Positions 47,001 through 56,569 of a stretch of DNA of 64,000 nucleotides are shown here, piece by piece (the first letter of the stretch is position 1; each line of letters begins with the position of its first letter). This DNA is from Podarcis erhardii (taxonomy: Eukaryota), in NCBI GenBank assembly GCA_964252035.1, contig OZ176200.1. One strand, 5' to 3'. The notes beneath the pieces were generated by a model. It searched no databases. It saw only the letters and a list, made by a program, of their open reading frames with translations, and was not told the DNA's origin. The position numbers were made by a program, and so were the translations under genes.

Positions 47001-48133
47001 TGTGGTGGCCGGGGATCGACGGAGAGATAGAGGCCTGGGTCAAACACTGCCAGGCCTGCCAAGAATCCCGCCCAGATCCCCCAAGGGCCCCAGTCCAGTC
47101 CTGGGAGTCTGCCCGAGCACCATGGTCACGCCTGCATGTGGACTTCGCTGGCCCCTTTCAGGGGAAAACATTCTTCATAGTGGTGGACTCCTACACCAAA
47201 TGGCTGGAAGTCGCACTGGTACCATCCACTTCTACATCCGCAGCCATCCGGGTACTACGCAGGCTGTTTGCAACGCACGGGCTCCCTGACACTCTCGTCT
47301 CAGACAACGGGACTGCATTTACGTCAGGAGAATTCCAAACCTTCACAGCGCAGAACGCCATCCGCCACATCCGTTCGGCGCCATTCCACCCTGCCACCAA
47401 TGGCCAAGCAGAACGCATGGTGCGGACCACCAAGGACACCCTTCGCCGCATGACGCAAGGGGATTGGGAGTACCGCCTTGCCACATTCCTTCTAGCACAG
47501 CACAGCACCCCCAGCTCAACGACTGGCCGGAGCCCCGCTGAACTACTAATGGGTCGGCGCCTTGCAATCAGATTGGACCGCCTTCACCCCGATAGAGCTC
47601 AGGATGAGGTAGGGGTGGGGGAAGGCAGGAACCCCCGGACCTTCGAGGCCCAGGACCCAGTGTACGCAAAGAATTTTGGGGCAGGCCCTGCATGGGTACC
47701 CGCCACAGTCACCAGGGTCACTGGCCCCGTGTCGTACGAGGTGCTAACGGATGGGGGGCAATGCTGGCGCCGCCACTGTGACCAGATACGGCGACGATTC
47801 CCGGGAGAAAACCAGGAGGAGGAGGACAGGTCAGAGGAGTCCCAGGGGAACAGTGGGGCAGTGAGGCCCATAGAGCAGCAGGGGCCAGCAGGAGAGGCAG
47901 AACCAGTAAATACAGAGAGGTCCCGGGAGGCCGAAAGGACACCGGAACCAGAACCACGACTGAGCGAGCCGGTTGCGCCAGACCAAACAGCCCCATCACA
48001 GCCAGCATCCTTGGAACACGAGCCAGAACCAGAACCCCGGACCAGGGAACACCCCAGGCCGCAACGCACACGTAGGCCGCCAGCGTACCTTGAGGACTAT
48101 GAATGCGACCTCCCGGGCAGGACTGGAACTTAG
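44054..48133 (+). CDS. Retrotransposon Gag-Pol polyprotein, 1359 aa (Gag with two Zn knuckles, PR, RT, RNase H, IN)
   Basis: Zn knuckles CASCGESHERRTC and CRQCRKSGHIARVC. Protease LDTGS (D at 45005). RT RLQFG...FFDD (45845-45856). RNase H CDAS...YSQIDKEGLA. Integrase HETH/CQAC with D(47141), D(47303) and E(47411), giving D-35-E spacing. GPVSY motif. PR-RT-RH-IN order is Ty3/Gypsy. Confidence 0.98.
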   Translation: MATDSNFSPFNPASGDWEAYASRFTFLLEAKGVTDDEDAKKRAIFFSVCGEETFEIARALLAPEDVATVPYKTIMEQLKGHFSPQPSVVARRNAFYAKRQAPGETITGFVTSLRQAARFCNFSELENMLRDRLVGGLRDEKLQRRLYAKKNLTFQVALEEALATEAAERSTQEARPSQPSQPRVHHEDLTDDSGSDREEVHRVQQRTQAAHIPQLPRREGGNCASCGESHERRTCRFRNAECRQCRKSGHIARVCRARPTRHQASDDQSKNPRSRGPTHQGNSTELTDFQVYQLPHPNIEKIYVEVQIEGAPCRMELDTGSTLSIISARTLRKLCPTGGPKLRPAPFTLRDFQKRKVPTMGVGTFRVQYRGRTRQLDLLVVKGPYISLLGLAWFGPLGLAVTGVNHTSLQVDVDAICKEFPGVFDGKLGQYTGPPIALQLDPAVRPVRLKARRVPFALKPRIDEELDRLVEQGVLEPVPNAPWETPIVTPVKPNGSVRICADYKCTINKALTAHAYPVPVVSHVLATLAGSKIFGKLDLAQAYQQLPVDEATAEAQTIVTHRGAFRVKRLQFGVSVAPGIFQNLMDSLLKGIPGVTPFFDDVLIAGPTPEEFEDRLRTVLHRFQTAGLKVKREKCLLGVPQVDFLGFMVDAEGVHPTGDKVRAICDAPAPRNKTELQAFLGLLNFYHSFLPHKAAVAEPLHRLLDKRAPWVWGHRQEAAFQAVKDLLVSNSVLAHFDERLPVVLACDASPYGIGAVLGHQLPDGREVPVAYFSQTLNATERNYSQIDKEGLAIVKGVKKFHDFLYGRPFTVVTDHKPLLGLFAPEKQTPQVLSPCVLRWSIFLASYQYALIHRPGKAMGHADALSRLPLPETGPDPAPAQEVMSLELLPDRPIQAQEVAHHSKKDRVISRVLDWVWRGWPSSSPGPEFASYTTRKHELSAHKGCLLWGSRVVVPQPLRKRVLTALHETHPGVVRMKALARSYVWWPGIDGEIEAWVKHCQACQESRPDPPRAPVQSWESARAPWSRLHVDFAGPFQGKTFFIVVDSYTKWLEVALVPSTSTSAAIRVLRRLFATHGLPDTLVSDNGTAFTSGEFQTFTAQNAIRHIRSAPFHPATNGQAERMVRTTKDTLRRMTQGDWEYRLATFLLAQHSTPSSTTGRSPAELLMGRRLAIRLDRLHPDRAQDEVGVGEGRNPRTFEAQDPVYAKNFGAGPAWVPATVTRVTGPVSYEVLTDGGQCWRRHCDQIRRRFPGENQEEEDRSEESQGNSGAVRPIEQQGPAGEAEPVNTERSREAERTPEPEPRLSEPVAPDQTAPSQPASLEHEPEPEPRTREHPRPQRTRRPPAYLEDYECDLPGRTGT

Positions 48134-48143
48134 AGGGGAGGGG

Positions 48144-48513
48144 TGTTATGTACTGAGTCGAATAGGATCCAAACTGCAGCAGTCTGATTGGTCCTAGAAC
48201 AATAGGATCCAAAAGGCAGCAGTCTGATTGGTCCTAGAACAATAGGATTCAGAATGCAGCAGTCTGATTGGTCCTAGAACAATGCAGCAGTATGATTGGT
48301 TGGCAGGAACCACCCAATCATGCTCCAGATTGAAGTGAATCCACAACCTGATTGGTTTACAGTACAATTCCGGAATTAGCCAATCATGTGCAGCCCATTG
48401 TGTAAATAATGTATATAAGGCAGATACTTTGAGGGGACTTTCATTCATTCCTCCTCACCACTATGAGCTGAATAAAGAGCATGAAATCACTTTGCGACTC
48501 CGAGTATATTTCA
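48144..48513 (+). repeat. 3' LTR, preceded by polypurine tract AGAGGGGAGGGG (48132-48143)
   Basis: Identical by eye to the 5' LTR. Confidence 0.97.
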
Positions 48514-48566
48514 TCTGTGCTCTCACGTTTGAAAGGTACTATCTCATCACTTCAGGGTAGGAGACC

Positions 48567-48640
48567 TAGAATCATAGAATCATAGAGTTGGAAGAGACCA
48601 CAAGGGCCATCGAGTCCAACCCCCTGCCAAGCAGGAAACC
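48567..48640 (-). mobile_element. CR1 3' tail fragment
   Basis: (AGAATCAT)n tail followed by AGAGTTGGAAGAGACCACAAGGGCCATCGAGTCCAACCCC. Confidence 0.65.
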
Positions 48641-51436
48641 TGTTGAAAGAGGACAGGATTCCTGCCCTTTTAAATAGTCTGAGTAGAAAAGGTACCTTGT
48701 TATGCAAGTTACACTTGCTGAAATCCTCTCTTCTGCACAAGTATTATTCTTGCTCATCTTCACAGAATAGTAACAGATCCTAGTTGTCACAAGCTATGTC
48801 CCTAAGTATAAGCATTTTTGTTACATTTTTGCCTTATGTATAAAGAGGTTTTGCTACATTTTTGGCTGTTGTGATCAAGGATATTATTAGCTCATTGCTA
48901 TATTTGTTTTGTTTATTTATTAAATTATTTATTTGTTTTGTTTATTTATTAAATTCCCATACTTCCCTTCAGCCGAGGATCATAAGGCGGTTTACAATAT
49001 ATTTTGACTGCCAACGCAAAAGAAAAGTTCTGATATGGAAACTTATCATTAATACAAATTTGTCTGGAGTCCCTTTTGCTATATGTGAGGCTTGTGTCTT
49101 TTTACCCTTGTAATTCCCTACTATACGACTAGATGGGAACTACTGCTTCAATTGCTATTTATTTAATCTATTATTTTCATTATGCCTTTGTATATTCACT
49201 CTCAGAGTTGGCAGCCTTGTTCAGCAAATAATCTTTTCTGTCTTTCATATCTTGTTTGCCAGTTGTGTTTACTCATCCATTTTTCTCTTTAGTTGTCAAG
49301 CAGCAACCACCCAAACTGCATCCTCTGTACCAAAAGCCATCTAAGGAAGCCCAGCAGATGGTCTAGCTGCTGTGAAACAAAGAGTTGCTTTCATTCTTAA
49401 ATTTGTTTCCTCAGCTCTTTTCATTTGGTAACTCTGTAATAGAACATTTGACCTTTGCAAAGATCAAAATGTAAATAATGTTCTTTTCATGTTGTTCTTT
49501 AGCAACCATTTTAAAAGTCAAATAACATTAAAGTCCTTTTTTACTTTTAAAACGTTATTGCTGCCAAGATCTCTCTCCCCCTCTGCCTTGGAGTCCTTCT
49601 GTGATTTATCACAATATGCATTAGACCTGAACAGGCTTGTCAGCATCAGGTGATCAGAACTATAAAGCCCAACCCTCTGTGGTTTAACTTGGAAATAAGT
49701 CCCAGTGAAATCAATTAATTTAGGCTGTAGCCTTGCAGCAGAAGGCCCACTGGGTTCAGTGATGCTTATATCTAGATATGTATAGGATTGCAACCTTTTT
49801 CAAGGGAAAAGGGGGCAATCCTATACATTCTTACCTTAAGCCTTCTTGAACTCAATGGGTCTTTCTGCTAGGTAAACAGGAATAGGACTGCACTGATGGA
49901 AGCAATAATATGCTTTTACTTTGTCTTAAACTCAGAAGAAAACAGGTTCAGATTCAAGACCCATCAGTAAAAACATGCATAGGATTGGACTAATTTACAA
50001 AAACAAACTTTGAAAAGGTTGTGGTTAAACTTACATAATGATAAAGTATGCACAGTATGCCACATTCAAAAACCCCAAATGATTTAATACATCTAGATTT
50101 TACTCTACAGTAAGTTGAAAACTTGCCATTGCATGAAATGTGAAAAGCCATTTCTTAGAACTTTATATTGTTTCCAAGAATATACTTATTACTGAAATAC
50201 CAATAAGCATTTCTCAAACTATCTTATGGCTTCATTTTTGTGTTTTTTGTATAATTATGGTATTGGTTTTCACTTTGAAACATCTGCCTATTATGAAAAT
50301 TGAACTAATGCTCAGAAAAAGTGTTGCCGATTTTAATTGAGCAACCACCCTGCTGTGAAAAACCTCACCTGATTTCTTCAGATCATGTTGCTGTGAAAGG
50401 AATGGGAGCAGAGCAGCTTTTTGGAGCTCATTTTGCAAATCTAGCTCAGATAGCTAGATAAAGGTCTTGTGCTTAAATTCTGCTTGTGGTTTCCCAGCAG
50501 CTTCTGGTTGGCCACTGTGAGAACAGGATGCTGGACTAGATGGGCCATTGGCCTCATTCAGCAGGCTCTTATGGAACTACATGCACAAAATACGTTTTTA
50601 GCATGGAAGCATGCCTGGATCATGATCAATAATTCTATTTTTCTTCCCAAGATATAGAATTATGAGGCCCATCAATATTTCAGTTATGCTTCTACAGTGG
50701 AGTATGCATAGCTCAGTTCCTTGTAGCAGTTCTCTGAAACACATCAATGCACTTCAAATAAATGAAAATGGTAAGCAGAAATGTTTGTAGGATCCAAGCC
50801 AAGGTGTAGTGCAAATAGCAGAAGAGCATGAGCCATGAAAAAAAACATTTTTACAAAGACTGCAGTAAAGTCAGTGTTTTTCTTATCTGCCTTGGGAATT
50901 TAAAACAAGCTGCATTGGATCAGATTAAAGGGCTATCTAGTTCAGCATCCTGTTCTCAGATGCCTATGGGATGCACACAAGCATGGCATGAGTGCAACAG
51001 CCCTCTCCCCACTCTCATGTTGCCCAGCAAATATAATTGTAGATAAAATGTTAAGTATAGAAAATTTAATCATCCTAGCTTATCTGGCTACAGTTCTGAA
51101 TTTTTGTATACCATCATCCACTAAAGAATGACATTTTAAAACACTGGAGAAGGCACCTGGGAGACTGTTTGGATGATGATTAAAATGTATCTGCCATGGA
51201 TAAGAAACAGCTATGTGCATAAGATGATAGCTGTAGATGTATGAAGTCTGTGGTACTACTTAACTTCTGCTTTACAATACAGGAAATGACTTTGGTACAA
51301 TATACCCAGCCAAGTTATTGTATTTCATAATATTTTTCAGAGTGAATGTTAGTTTTGGGAGTCCTGTTGACATCGTTCACATTTATTTACAGTTTGCCAA
51401 CCTGCCGAATAATGCATTGGCTGCAACCGCTTTGTG

Positions 51437-52300
51437 TTAATTCAATTCAACATTATGTACAGCAAACATTTTCTTTGGCAGCGCCATCTTAGTCACCTCT
51501 GCTCCAAGACCATCTGCTTTGGAAGCAGAAATATGATCCTGCCTTGACAACAGCGAGACAGCTTCTGGCAATGAAACATCCTTCCTCTGCAATTGTTTTG
51601 ACAGATTCCTGACTTCAGACAGTACATAATGCATGATGCCTACATTATTAGAGATTTCACTGGTGTAAAGACATTTCTGAAAACAGTGTATTTGATTTTT
51701 GTCTATGTCCATGGAACATTGGTTCCATGTAGGCAATGGTAAAATGTCTACAACAGTCCTGTAGAACTTGAGACCCCTCAAGGCAACCAGACCCCACTAG
51801 TGGGGAATACTAGTGATTGACAATTCCTCTGCATTTGTAGTCCCAGACCTGCAACAGAAATAGTGTTACAGTACTGAGCCTTCGGTAAGTCACCATTCAT
51901 AGCTCATAGATGATATACGATTTCATAGAGTCAAATAATTGTAGAGTTGGAAGCAGTGGTGTAGCATGGCAGGGTGGGCTCACAGGGGCAGTTGCCCTGG
52001 GCTCAAAATTGTTAGGGATACAAAATTTTAACACCTGATGCTTCAATACAACTGTGCGCTTCCATTGATGGGCTCTGTTGAAAACGGCTTCTCCATGAGA
52101 ACCAGGAAGTGACCTCTCCTGACAACGGAATGACTCTTCTTTTCATCTCTGCAGCTGCAATCTCCTGGGTGATCAAATACCATTAGACAGTTGAATGCAC
52201 ATGCATATTCTGTCAGTTTTATTGTCTTACTCTTTTTGTGAAACACTTTACAATCAAGCAGTATATAAAAGTGGTGAAATAATAATATATATAATGCAAA
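51437..52300 (-). pseudogene. Possible decayed hAT-type transposase remnant
   Basis: Minus-strand peptides HYVLSEVRNLSKQLQRKDVSLPEAVSLL and QEIAAAEMKRRVI resemble hAT transposase segments as recalled; frames broken; not searched. Confidence 0.4.
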
Positions 52301-52659
52301 CATTATTCAATTTTTACTTACATTTCAAGCCTATTCCACCCCAAATCTTCAGGATGGGCTAAAACATATAGAAATATATACATTAAGCTATTAAAAAGAT
52401 GAAAAAATAGGCAATACAATATATCCACAATCTTTTTAGCAGTGGTCCATCAGTCGTGGAATCCTGTTACTTGGGAGGTGTTCATAGTCTTCTCATTGTT
52501 CTTTCTTCAACCTTAAGAACATTATTTTCCTGCCATGTATTGTAATTAAGATTGTACTGGTTCAATATATTCGTTCCTACTGTTTGTAACTGTTGACTTG
52601 TTTTTAACAGTTTTGACTAGATTAAAGTTTTGAGAGAGTTCCTTTTAAAAGGTAGTTTT

Positions 52660-52681
52660 GTGTGTGTGTGTGTGTGTGTGT
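52660..52681. repeat. (TG)n microsatellite
   Basis: Direct reading. Confidence 0.9.
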
Positions 52682-55500
52682 AAATAAAAGGTCACCTTGT
52701 AAGAGTAATCCCCTTGGGATTCATGCTATCTTCAGGCAAGGGCTAGAGATAAGGGGGGGGGGGAGGTTGCAGAGAATTCAGAGTAAGGTGAGAACCACTT
52801 GTCTGCTGGCTTCTGTATATACATAAAAGCTAATGGCCTGAAGGGACCACCATCTAAATTTGCAGCCTTGGATTATCATTCTCAGCCAAAGTGAATATAG
52901 AGCTGGTGGAAGAAGTGGGGTTATAAAATGGAAAGCAGATAAGTATGAAATAACCCCCCACACCGTGTCAGCTATTTCCCAGGACTGTCTGAATGCTGCT
53001 CGAGCCCCCCCCCCCCCCCCCGGCTGAGATTAAGCATTGAATGGTTATATAAATCAAAACTAACATTTCCCAATAGTGGCCACTCAAAGATAGCCCAGGA
53101 GCAAGATATTCTGAGCTGCCTTTACAAACGGAAAGGGGGCCAGAGTGTCCTCTCTGGAATGGGCATTTGTAGGAGGGGTTCAAAAAGATTTTGTGCCTTC
53201 AAACAGTTATATTCTATGTGTTTCACCATGGCTGCCTAGGTACTAGGTGTACCAGGCAGTTTACATAAAGAGATTGGCACAGTGCCCTTCCTGAAACCTT
53301 GTATGGCTGTTGATTCTGGAGACATTTTCAGCTGAATATCATGAGTGCCAGCTAGATGTGTAACTTGGGTGACTGACACCAAATGATCAGGATTGTTTGC
53401 GTAAGTGGGATAATGGCACTGTGTCCAGTCTCAAACTGACACACAGAGTTGAGTTTAGGAGAGGATTTCTTGCAGTATACTATGGACACCAAATAGAAGA
53501 GTTATGTCTATGCTTTGGCAGACCTTGGATGCTAAAATTGCAGGAAATCTGGGTTGCTTTACAAATGGGGTGTGTATCAACAGAATCAAGTTTTAAGCAT
53601 GGGCAGTTTGGGGGAAGAATTATTTTGCAGACAGAGAAATATAGGCACTTTTTATGCACTGTTTATGTTCTTTAGGAATACTGTCGTTGAACTTCATAAA
53701 AACCTAAAAAATCTATGTATTTCAACTTTTAACACTGCTGTTAAATAGTACATAGGCTGTATTTTACAGCTACAGCATGAGAGAAGATGAGTTGTGCTAC
53801 TAAAATGTTTGTAATTTGTATTTTATACCCATAGGGGTGGAACTGCAAAATTTGTTGCTAGGTAGATATTGAGGGTGTTTTCGTTTTTAACATTGTCTCA
53901 TTTTTGTCTTTGTGAGACGGTAGTGTAGCTGAGCTCCCTGGTAGGGTCAATTTACCTGCAGAAGTGAAAATAACATCTTGTTCAAATTGGGAATATCATT
54001 AAGAGCATTAAGATAATGGTCTTTTGAGTCCCCATCTTTAGAACATGTTGGTTTATGTGCCTAGGGAAGGGAAGTAGCTGGGTGGAACAAGGAGCTATAA
54101 TCTCTGTGAGTATGGGCAGATATGGTCTGGGGAGAAACTATTCAGATCTTGTAAAAAGGGGTTGACCTTAGTAATCTTCTAGCTACTGGAGTTTACCTTA
54201 GTAATATGGCGCCCTGTGCAAGGCCAAAATGTAACACCTGCCCCCTGCCAATGCATATAAGGGACCTGCAGGTCTTTGGGAAGGAGTCGTGAGGCTCTGG
54301 CAGGTCATAGAGCCCTGACACCTCCTTCCCAAAGTTGGTCAAGTGCTAACAAGGCTTTGGGAAGAAGGGAAGGCGCCCCTTTGTGGAGTAACCAGTCACG
54401 CTGCCCTAAATCTGCCTCTGCTAGCTATTATAAAGCCATTATCTAGTGTCAGCTGATCCCCAGCTCACAGATATGGAGTAGCCATGTTAGTTACTCGTTC
54501 TCTGACAGTGTTATTGATAAATACCGGGTTAGTCCTGAAGAAAACATCAATAAAGGACCAGCCTGGTATGACTTGCAGAGACCTGGGTGATTTACCTTTG
54601 ACCCAGCTTTGCACCCAAGGGTACTCAATCCAGCATCAGCACAGATTGGAGAGAGGGTGAGTGTCACCATCATTCATATATCTTTCACTGTCCTCATCAG
54701 GTTACCCTTTGTAACAGCATTTGAGGGCTTGTTCTTGGTGCCGATCCTGAAAAACAGACTAATGCAAAAGATGGCAGCCACAGTGCTATTGAGGAGCAGT
54801 CTGAACACACAATTCCCATTCCAAAATGATTACACTGGTTAACAATTATTTTTCTAGGCCCAATTCAAGGAGCTTACATTTCTGCTTAAAGTCATGAATG
54901 GCCAGGGACCCCCAAACCTTAAAAAAAAAACCCTCCTCACATACCAACTTGTCTAAGTCTCAACCTGAATGGATAAGGCCCACCTGGTGGTTCTTGTGCA
55001 GGGGGATTGCACAGCGCTGTGAAATGCATAGCACTAATTTCCTACAAGGGAAAGCGCAGAATCCATAAAATGGGAGGATAACATATGGAACGTGTAAGGT
55101 GCATGTATCATTACAATTAGATGGAAATTATTTTTATGGCGAATGACCCCTAGACTTGTTGCATAGCCCTACCCATTCTTGAATCCTGATAATTTATTGG
55201 GCTTTAGATTAGACCTGAAGATGGAATGAAATGGTGAAAATGACCTTTTACCGGCTGTGTCTAAAATGCTGTTTTAATGGGGGCCTAATCTAAAATCCAT
55301 TTTAATCAATTGTTTTTCATAGTAAGAACTTCTATTTGTTCCACTGCCAACACTTTAAGAGACAAAAATATTAAGCTAATAAAAGTTGCATGTTAAAAAA
55401 GAAAGGTGAAACAGAGAAGCATCCAATGTGAAGGTTTGAGACGAAAAGTGTTACATCCCTGACATTTGAACTGCAATTCTGTACTCATTTACCCTGGATC

Positions 55501-55741
55501 CAGTGGCGTAGCGTGGGGGGTGCAGGGGGGCCCGGCTGCACCGGGCGCAACATCTGGGGGGGGCGCGCTCGCACTCGCAGCTCTCTGCCCCTACCTGGCT
55601 CACTCACTCTCACTGCTGTGCGAATCCGATCCGAGCCGGCGGGTCGCCGCCCACTGTGGAGGGGGGGTGCCAGGCGTGCGGCTTAGGGGGCGCAAATTAC
55701 TTGCCTTGCCCCGGGTGCTGACAACCCACGCTACACCACTG
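55501..55741. mobile_element. hAT-type MITE (long form of 42679-42825)
   Basis: Same TIRs; perfect 8-bp TSD CCTGGATC at 55493-55500 and 55742-55749. Confidence 0.88.
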
Positions 55742-55885
55742 CCTGGATCTATGCCCCACTGAACTCAGTGGGATGAACTGCACATGCCTATCCATTTCTA
55801 CTCAGCACGGCCAGCCCAAATCTTTTTGGCATCTGAGATGAACCACAGAATGGTGCCCACCACCCACCAGACCAGGAAAGAAGGG

Positions 55886-56255
55886 TGAAATATACTCAGA
55901 GTCGCAAAGTGATTTCATGCTCTTTATTCAGCTCATAGTGGTGAGGAGGAATGAATGAATGTCCCCTCAAAGTATCTGCTTTATATACATTATTTACACA
56001 ATGGGCTGCACATGATTGGCTAATTCCAGGATTCTACTGTAGGCCAATCAGGTTGTGGATTCACTTCTATCTGGAGCATGATTGGGTGGTTCCTGCTAAC
56101 CAATCATACTGCTGCATTGTTCTAGGACCAATCAGACTGCTGCATTCTGAATCCTATTGTTCTAGGACCAATCAGACTGCTGCCTTTTGGAGCCTATTGT
56201 TCTAGGACCAATCAGACTGCTGCAGTTTGGATCCTATTCAACTCAGTACATAACA
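55886..56255 (-). mobile_element. Solo LTR of the same Gypsy family
   Basis: 370 bp, reverse complement of the element LTRs with about 12 substitutions. 5-bp TSD AAGGG at 55881-55885 and 56256-56260. Confidence 0.96.
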
Positions 56256-56569
56256 AAGGGGTTCGAGTGAAGATCTACATCAGGAACCAAGGTGGAAAAT
56301 CTTATCAACCCCACCAGTCAGTTGAAAGGGGAATCAAAGGCTGTCATGGGGCAGGGAGGGAGAAGGGTCCCACTCTGAACCTTGCCAGGTGGGTGCAGAT
56401 AGACCAGGAGACCCCAGAGGGCAGCCCCTGCCATTCCCTCCCGGGTCTGCTGTTCCCGTGGAACCTGCGGTCGCCTCACTTTGCCTCCTGCTGGCCCCCA
56501 GAAGCAAGTCCTACGGAAATCAGCGGGGCTTACTCCCCAGTAAGCAGGGCGAGAACTGCAGCTTTACTG

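Larger units (their letters stand above)
43559..48513 (+). mobile_element. Full-length Ty3/Gypsy LTR retrotransposon (Mag-like, inferred), apparently intact
   Basis: LTRs 43559-43928 and 48144-48513 (370 bp each, TG...CA, no differences found by eye). 5-bp TSD TCTGT at 43554-43558 and 48514-48518. PBS 43930-43947, PPT 48132-48143, one uninterrupted gag-pol ORF, no env. Confidence 0.98.

Noticed and set aside
47800-48143. Possible env gene or chromodomain after integrase
   Set aside because: The ORF ends at the PPT; the tail is acidic and Pro-rich, with no signal peptide, TM segment or chromodomain pattern.
43343-48448. Repeated antisense ORFs (43343-43627, 43609-43863, 47718-48212, 48194-48448, and 55951-56205)
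   Set aside because: They recur only because the LTR is repeated; they lack proper starts and recognisable domains.
49650-50000. Cluster of decayed GCAATCCTA...TAGGATTG inverted-end repeats (also about 10515-10605 and 59410-59500)
   Set aside because: Probably an old dispersed MITE-like family, but too degraded to set boundaries or TSDs by eye.
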